From assembly GCA_002104905.1 (NCBI GenBank), contig MCFE01000726.1, positions 1 through 41,900 on the forward strand: 41,900 nt of DNA. Direction: 5' to 3'. A program made the position numbers and the translations under genes. Shown here piece after piece: positions 34,486 through 41,900 of the stretch (positions are counted from its first letter, which is position 1; the number at the start of each line of letters is the position of its first letter). The notes under the pieces were generated by a model. It did not search any database. It saw nothing but the letters and a program-made list of their open reading frames with translations, and was not told the DNA's origin. The stretch is from Basidiobolus meristosporus CBS 931.73 (Eukaryota > Fungi > Basidiobolomycota).

Positions 34486-35229
34486 ACCTGTCCAGCAGAA
34501 AAGTAGTATTATTCTTGTAGAACATAAATTGGATACTTGTGAGCCTTGCACTCTCTTTACCAATGCAGCACTAATCAGAGTTAGAATACTCAAAAGTGCA
34601 AGTGATGCAGCGGAAGTCTTACAACCTTTTAAGCTGGTAATTGTAGTGTGGAGATTCTGGAAAGAGAGGCTCTTGTTTATTTTCAGCTGGGGAAGTCAAA
34701 TATATTTAAATTCTGAAGGACCAAGTCTGTAGGCAATTGGAGAAGCAATATGAATGGTATATAGTAAAAGTTTATTGTGATGTAGATCTTGAATGAGTTT
34801 TGGCCTCATATAAGTAATATACTGTGTTCTATATTACTAAAGCTAAGTTGCTTCTAAGAGCAGTATAAACCAGACTAATCAAGGTGCAAGATGTAGCACT
34901 GCCAAATGCTTCAGTAGTGATCCTTGTGGAACCAAACCTTGGGAAAGATGATGCAATTGTCTTGAACTACTGTCATTTGCCATGTTCCAAAATGCATTTT
35001 TTCTGCAATCTGAATCAAGCTATTGAAAACCAGTAATCACCAAATTTCTGATAAAAGTAATATCAAGGTTGTTTCACATTCAAGACAGAGCCCTTGTAAA
35101 TAAACACCCTGCATACTTAAATCTTCATCCATTATACTGGTGCAGCTATTTAATCTGTTTTGAACCTACCCAATTGGTCACATACTAGGTATGATAACTC
35201 ATCCAATCAATAAAATCAGAGATATACTT

Positions 35230-35640
35230 TCTTAATGTGCACAATAGGATATTTGATGGCTCCTGGTTTCAGGATATTCCTAGATTATTCAACCACTGAT
35301 TTACTATCTAATTGGGGTGATAGTAGCAACAATGGTAAATATTAGTTTAATTTGTGGTGTAATATGCATCTATATCTATTTACATTAAAGAAGCAAGTTC
35401 ATATTCTGGATATACCTACCACAGTGGTATCCAATTGCACATATGATGCAAGTGTTGCAAGTTGCCGCAATGATCCATACTAGCCTCATTGTGTCATATT
35501 ATGCCATAGTGTACAACATGGACCAACATAGTGCCAAATTATCCAAGAGCAATCTTGCCTACTGGCTGATACAGCATTGTGCCTTATTACTCTTAATGAC
35601 TGAGGATTGCACTGCACACCCTGACACAGTATGATGGAAT
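35230..35640 (+). mobile_element. Highly degenerate tnp2/CACTA-like transposase fragment
   Basis: RIFDGSWFQDIP resembles the DIFDG motif at 36740; a downstream HSG...CKCCK resembles the GHxG..CxxC segment. Frameshifted. Confidence 0.35.
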
Positions 35641-36480
35641 AAGTCTTTAGTATAAGCTAATTCTGCCATAAATTGCACCTCTCTGCTGAGTCTAGGATAA
35701 TTCACTATCCTGTGTAGTTTATCATGCTTAATTCCATCAGCTGGCTCACTAAATCAGATGTTATTACCCTCAATGCAAAGAGTGTTTAAGACTCCATGCT
35801 GTGTGTGTTGTTTTTGCCAGAAAAGAAGTGCATCTACCCTTTGAAGATCTATTTATCATCACTAGGAAGGTATCCAAGATACTCCCACTACAGAACCTGT
35901 TATTGCACACTCTGGGATATGGGAGTCAATTGAAGCATTTAATCCCAGTATTTAAAGCTTGCTTTAAATGAGTCATTCCCTTTGCAAGATGGTGCTCCAT
36001 TGCAGCCAGCCAAAAATGAAACCTTCTAGGATTTTTGTTGCCATGGATGGTGGGAAAAACTATGTATGGCAATGGTTATGGTAAAAGCCAAGAAGCTTGG
36101 CAAGTGATCTCTATGAGTATATTGGGGTAGTGCATCCAGACTACATGGTGTAGATATCCTCTAATGTGTCAAAGGAAATCTAGTAGTGGTGATGGGATTT
36201 ATGAGAAAGGACTACTCAGATCAATATGTCATGTTAAGATTGATCAGTGAGGAGTAGCACCAAATTGACATGATCAGCTTGTTTTATCTGATTTCCAATA
36301 CATTATGAGCATATATCCATCAATTGCAATGCATCCTATGATTATGTTGCAAAAGTTATCCATAAACAATGACTTGGAATTTTTATTGATGAATCACTTG
36401 CAAGTCAATGATCACCTAAGAAATCTGCAACTGAATTTATCTGATTTGCGTCAGCTCAATACAAAATGCTTCATGCATAA

Positions 36481-36553
36481 TAGACTTGCTCTGTGGATGT
36501 TGATACATTGAGCCATGAGCACTAAAAAATGCCATAGTGTGCCAGAAAGGCTT
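36481..36553 (+). repeat. Short terminal fragment of the foldback element
   Basis: TAGACTTGCTCTG...ACATTGAGCCATGAG...GCCATAGTGTGCCAGAAAGG matches the first ~75 bp of 38278. Confidence 0.7.
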
Positions 36554-36672
36554 AGTAGTTAGAAAATACCACCATTGCAAACTGCTCAAAATGTCAGGTA
36601 TTCACCAACAGAGGAAGAGAATGTTGTTCACACACCCAATGCATTCCAGTATTATCCTGTCTAAGGAAGCCC

Positions 36673-36918
36673 ATGCAGCCCAGCATATACTGTGAATCTA
36701 TAAAGTACTGCACTCTGTATCAATCAAACACAAACATTTCAAGCATATTTGATGGTAAACTTTACAAAGAACTAAGAGGTAAGGGCTACTTTGAAGGTAT
36801 GAATGACTATGCCTTTGCCTTGCCACATAATAGATTCTCATTGAACCAGTGCTCTACCAGCAAATCCTGCTGGCCACTGATTCTCATCAGTATGAATCTG
36901 CCCTGTGTCTTATGTTGA
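36673..36918 (+). mobile_element. Transposase family tnp2 (CACTA/CMC-EnSpm-like) fragment
   Basis: SIFDGKLYKEL..GYF...DYAFAL...SCWPLILISMNLP matches the tnp2 N-terminal pattern; truncated by a stop. Confidence 0.7.
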
Positions 36919-36919
36919 A

Positions 36920-37260
36920 ATAATTAGGAGCGCAGCTAATAATATTATCAATAGATGCTGTATTAGCACTTGGATAAATGACATATTTCACAATATTAAC
37001 TTGGAAATTAGTTTGTAGGATATTTGCTTATTATTGGAAGTCAATGAAGTACAGAATTTTAAGAAGACCTGAAACTTGCTCAAATTAGCCAAAACTTAAC
37101 ACATATACTCCTGAGACTCCCCTAATAGTGAGCAGATAGTTATATGTATGTAGTTTTGCAATCAGTAGAGATACTATGTTGCAACTCAGTAGGTCAATAA
37201 GTGAACATCATGTAAAAATTCTGATGCTTCATTTTATTTCCCATATATATCTCTAAAGCT
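36920..37260. repeat. Diverged repeat; empty-site homolog of the sequence interrupted by foldback element 1 (38180-38277 plus 39014-39250)
   Basis: Shared blocks TAGCACTT...AAATGACATATTTCAC, GTACAGAATTTTA, TACTCCTGAGACT, GTAGTTTTGCAAT, ATACTATGTTGCAACTCA, TCAATAAGTGAA. Confidence 0.8.
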
Positions 37261-38277
37261 GCAAGAAGTAATGAGCCCCAAGCCTGCTATGTCTTTGGTG
37301 TCTACTTTGCTTCAGTGCTGTTTCTTTATTCTGGACAAAGACTGCCTTGTTTACCTGAACCAACCAAAGTACATGCATATAATATCTATAAACACTGTGG
37401 AGAGTATATGAGATACTATTGAGGAACATACTATTTGCCCTATACTGGTACCTATTTCACTAGGAACTAAGTGATTGCCAATCATATATACAAACATAGA
37501 TCAGATGTTGATCTTGCTATTATGATCAGATCAATGTACATACAGGTCCTTGCTATGGGCCACACTGCAGTAAGTAATAGTAATGCATTAGTCCAGAAGA
37601 AGAAACATTAGATCAACTGGTAACAATCAAGACTACCATAGTACTGACAAGTTGTTGGCTCTAACAGATGATATATGGTGTATACAAGGGAGGTTATTAT
37701 CCACAACCAGTTATGGATATACCGAGAATAGTCCAAGTGAAGTTGACTATATACCAGAACTGTGGATGATCCAAATCTCCTGGTAAGAAACTATATCATA
37801 ACTTCATAGACCAATCATGCTCAAATAAAAAGGCAGCAGAAAGCCTAAAAGCATGGTTACCTAATGGTGGACAGAATACAAGGATATAATTGGTATCTGA
37901 AACGCTTTACTCCAATTAAGTGGATGATACTCATTCATAGATATTTTGTGATGAGATCAGAATTCAGACTCAGAGTAATTTGATCTGAAGTATGTAATCA
38001 ATAGTATAGGCTTATACTTAGTTATCACAGATAATATGCAATCCTTAACATTCACTGCACAATATATTAGTCCAACAGGTTTTATGGTTATTTGCAGGTT
38101 TAGTTTCAACTGAAAGATACACAACATCACAGAGAGTTCAAAAGGATATGAATATACTATGGGAGTGGGAGTGTTGAAATAACTAGGAGTCCATATAATT
38201 ATTAGTCTATTATGACCTAGCACTTAGGTAAATGACATATTTCACATTATCAACTTAAAAATTTGTTTGTAAGATAT

Positions 38278-39013
38278 TAGACTTGTTCTGTTGGATAGTG
38301 CCACATTGAGCCATGAGTGCCAAATGATACCATAGTGTGCCAGAGAGGTCAAGTGAGCCTATACTTGGCCACAGAGTGTGAAACATAGCTCTGCATCTTC
38401 ATGTAAAGCAGCCCCTGTGTTTCACCCATTGCACAGGAGAAAATCCATTTTTTGACCTTTTTTTGTGGATCAATGTAGCTCAGGATGTGTAAGAGCACAG
38501 GAGAACTGAAGATATGCATCTGGTACTCAATACCCATAGCACTCTGAATCTAGCTCCTGTAGCTTGTATCATGTAACAAAAATGAATGGCACTATCTTGG
38601 TCCACTGGTACTATCTGGCACTATATTTAAATATTAGCCCTAAAGTAAGATCTATACAAAGCACTTATAGTGCTAGATAGTACCAGTGGACCAAGATAGT
38701 GCCATTCATTTTTGTGACATGATACAAGCTACAGGAGCTAGATTCAGAGTGCCATGGGTATTGAGTACCAGATGCATATTTTCAATCTGCTTGTGCTCTA
38801 ATACATCCTGCACAACATTGATCCAAAAAAAAAGGTCAAAAAATGGATTTTCTCCAACACAATGAGTGAAACACAGGGGCTGCTTTGCATGAAGATGCGG
38901 AGCTATGTTTCACACTCTGTGGCCAGGTAGAGGCTCAATTGGCCTCTCTGGCACACTATGGCATCATTTGGCACGCATGGCTCAATGTGGCACTATCCAA
39001 CGGAACAAGTCTA
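38278..39013. mobile_element. Non-autonomous foldback/MITE-like element, copy 1 (complete): 348-bp inverted arms with a 40-bp spacer
   Basis: Left arm 38278-38625 starts TAGACTTGTTCTGTTGGATAGTGCCAC; right arm 38666-39013 ends GTGGCACTATCCAACGGAACAAGTCTA; absent from the homologous site at ~37020. Confidence 0.88.
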
Positions 39014-39532
39014 TTTGCTAATTATTAGAAATTAGTGAGGTACAGAATTTTAGGAAAATCTGAAGCTTGTCCAAATGAGCTGAAACTAGTCACATGTACT
39101 CCTGAGACTTCCCTGGTAGTGAGGTGACTGTTGCATATACGTAGTTTTGCAATAAGTATAAATACTATGTTGCAACTCAATATATCAATAAGTGAATATC
39201 ATATATATCTTCTAATTCTCCATTTCACTTCCAACATATATCTTTAATATTTCAACATCTTTTGGTGTCAGAGCAGAAAGCTGATGGTAGTGTTACTGGT
39301 AGCTGTGCCTGACTCACCATCAACCTGGATAGTTACTGTTTCCATTGTTGAACAAACTCTGTTTGCTCTTCAGTGAGATATTACTAAATGACCCACATAT
39401 CAAGCATGTATTACTATCTGCATTGGAGCTACTCTAGCCATCAGCAAGTTAGATGGCTTTTCTAGTTACAACAAATTGTATTGCTGCTGAATATGTGAGA
39501 TCCAGGGAATATATTCAATAACCTATACACAT

Positions 39533-40182
39533 TAGACTTGTTCTGTTGGATAGTGCCACATTGAGCCATGAGTACCAAATGATGCCATAGTGTGCCAGAG
39601 AGGTCAAGTGAGCCTATACTTGGCCACAGAGTGTGAAACATAGCTCCGCATCTTCATGCAAAGCAGCCCCTGTGTTTCACCCATTGCGCAGAAGAAAATC
39701 CATTTTTTGACCTTTTTTTGTGGATCAATGTAGCTAAGGATGTGAAAGAGCACAGGAGAACTGAAGATATGCATCTGGTACTCAATACCCATGGCACTCT
39801 GAATCTAGCTCCTGTAGCTTGTATCATGTCACAAAAATGAATGGCACTATCTTGGTCCACTGGTACTATCTGGCACTATATTTAAATATTAGCCCTAAAG
39901 TAAGATCTATAAAAAGCACTTATAGTACCAGATAGTACCAGTGGACCAAGATAGTGCCATTCATTTTTGTGACATGATACAAGCTACAGGAGCTAGATTC
40001 AGAGTGCCATGGGTATTAAGTACCAGATGCATATCTTCAATCTGCTTGTGCTTTAACACATCCTGCACAACATTGATCCAAAAAAAAAGGTCAAAAAATG
40101 GATTTTCTCCTACACAGTGGGTGAAACACCAGGGCTGCTTTGCATGAAGATGCAGAGCTATGTTTCACACTCTGTGTCCAGG
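39533..40182. mobile_element. Foldback element, copy 2; right arm truncated by LTR insertion
   Basis: Left arm 39533-39880, same 40-bp spacer at 39881-39920, right arm 39921-40182 breaks at ...GTCCAGG|TGTTATGA. Confidence 0.88.
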
Positions 40183-40550
40183 TGTTATGATCTGCCGCTT
40201 GAATGTTTAAGTTAGATCAGTTTTTAGTCAAATCAGTTAGTATATGTTTAGGTTATCAGTACATCAGTATTATCTATGAGATCAGTAGCATTAGTCAGCA
40301 AATGAATCAGCAGATCCTTATCAGACAGAAATAGATATATTAAGTAGGATCTTATTGGGTGATGATGATGCAATCAAATGAGTCATCAGCCACAACCTAC
40401 ATTAGGAAATACAATTAGTCAGCAATTGATCTGGCAAAATGTATATAAGGAGCTGCTGGAACCTCAATAAAAATCAGTTCAAGTTTTAGTGAATACAATA
40501 CTAGCTAAACTCCCTATTCCTCTACAACTCTTATACCAAGACTTGTAACA
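40183..40550 (+). mobile_element. 5' LTR of a Ty3/gypsy retrotransposon (368 bp)
   Basis: Termini TGTTA...TAACA, immediately followed by PBS-like TTGGTAGCAGCG (40551-40562), complementary to an initiator-Met-type tRNA 3' end. Confidence 0.85.
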
Positions 40551-40608
40551 TTGGTAGCAGCGATAACCAGAAACCTCCCTCCTGAAGAAAGAAGAAACCA
40601 CCCTCAAG

Positions 40609-41900
40609 ATGTCGGACAATCAAGAATGGAAGAATGCCATGCAGCAAATCCTGGCCCAACAGCAACAGCTACTCCAGATCCTCAGCCAACAGCAACAAGG
40701 AATGACTACCATGGCTCAGAGCCAGCAAAGCCCTGTCAAGAGCAACTTTAGTGTGAAGGTCAACCGGTACCATGGCAGAGTCAATGAAAACCTGGGAACT
40801 TGGCTCTTTCAGATTGAAGAAGCTTTTAAAGCTAAAGGAATTGCTCCAGAGAGCAAGTTGCATTATGCAGCTTCTTACCTGGCAGATGCAGCTTTACAGT
40901 GGTACCACAACAAGATCAGGTCAGCTACTATGATGGGATGCTCTACAATCTCTACCTGGGATGAGTTTGTGTCGGAAATTCAGGATGCTTTTGAACCTCC
41001 ACACCAGCAGACACTACTAAGAAGGAAGTTAAAGACACTCAGACAGAAAGGAATGGTGCAAGAATACATCTATGAGTACAGATGTCTACTTGGACAAATT
41101 GAAAGAATGGACCCCTTGGATCAAGTTGAATACTTTATTGATGGGTTGAAAGAAAGAACTCGCAAGGAAGTCAATTACCAAAGACCTCAGACTATTGAAG
41201 AAGCCATCAAGATTGCCATTGACTATGACTCAGCTATGTTTGGAGTTGGGAAGCCTACAGTGACTAGTCAGAAAGGCTATAATCATTATGAAAGAAGACA
41301 ATCAGAAGCAGTACCAATGGAAATAGACGCTATGCAGAAGAATCCCTCCTCAGAAGAATGCAAGAAGAGAGGACTTTGCTTCAATTGCCACCAGCAGGGA
41401 CATATTGCAAAGTACTGCCCTCAGAGAAGAAATGGACACCAGCCAACAAGAACCTTCAACCATATTGAGTCCCATGAACACAATAATGAGGAAGATGAGC
41501 TTGAAGAAGACTCGGAACTCACCTTCCATATGACAGAAGAGTACTTGTCCCAAATGACTTCAAACTCAGGGAAGTTATTGTACCTGAATGGAGCAATCAA
41601 TGGAGTACCTGCCAAGATCATGATTGACTCAGGAGCATCGCATGAGTACATGTCAGAGCAATTTGCTTTGAAAGCTGGAATCAACTCGGAACCTACCAAA
41701 TCAACTTCAGTCTCCACAGCTGATGGGAACTCCCACATAATCAACCGTATTACCCAGCCAGTAAGAATGAAGATCAATGACTATGAAGAAGACCTACAGG
41801 CTTATATATTTGGGAACTGCAAGTTTGACCTTGTACTTGGGAAAACCTGGCTATTTTGTCGTAATCCATCAATCAACTGGAGAACCCATGCTACTCAGAT
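40609..41900 (+). mobile_element. Ty3/gypsy gag-pol ORF (gag, zinc knuckle, aspartic protease), open to the window end
   Basis: MSDNQEW...WLFQIEE...AALQWY...TWDEF...LRQKGMVQEY...FIDGLK...PMEID...CFNCHQQGHIAKYC...IMIDSGASHEYMS...FDLVLGKTWL. No stop from 40609 to 41900; missing from the ORF track because it runs off the edge. Confidence 0.93.

Noticed and set aside
37300-38180. Possible Helitron or other coding relic
   Set aside because: Only vague similarity in stop-riddled frames; no motif I could support.
38349-40147. Repeated small ORFs (MGIEYQMH..., MDQDSAIH...) in the foldback arms
   Set aside because: They recur because of the palindrome, are broken in other arms, and have no recognisable domain.
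30650-40550. Deaminase cluster as the cause of the adjacent C-to-T decay, or classical RIP
   Set aside because: The enzymes carry signal peptides, and the loss is CpG-specific with CpA retained, which methylation-driven deamination explains.

Overview
Eukaryotic DNA with short GT-AG introns, from a fungus; an early-diverging lineage such as Basidiobolus is my inference from gene content, not established. The window has two compartments. (1) About 0.9-30.5 kb is CpG-rich and gene-dense: a secreted CAP protein, two inverted Uds1-domain paralogs, verprolin/WIP, TOM7, a Kre9/Knh1-type secreted protein, a BRD7/9-like bromodomain protein ending in a GATA zinc finger, ARF1, a USP-family deubiquitinase, a UapA-type xanthine/uric-acid NCS2 permease, and four copies (+,-,+,+) of a 5-exon, signal-peptide-bearing zinc deaminase of the cytidine-deaminase superfamily. 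(2) About 30.6-41.9 kb is a strongly CpG-depleted transposon graveyard: a degenerate Ty1/copia RT-RNaseH, tnp2/CACTA-like relics, two copies of a ~736-bp foldback element, and the 5' LTR plus open gag-protease ORF of a Ty3/gypsy element inserted into the second foldback copy. The best candidate for an undescribed system is the permease-deaminase cluster. The permease and deaminase 1 share a 243-bp divergent promoter containing four GATA sites. The deaminases differ in predicted destination: ER-retained (RDEL), secreted, and possibly cytosolic. Their catalytic cores have been homogenised in patches. This suggests extracellular purine deamination coupled to xanthine uptake, but the substrate is a hypothesis. 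All exon structures were derived by eye.
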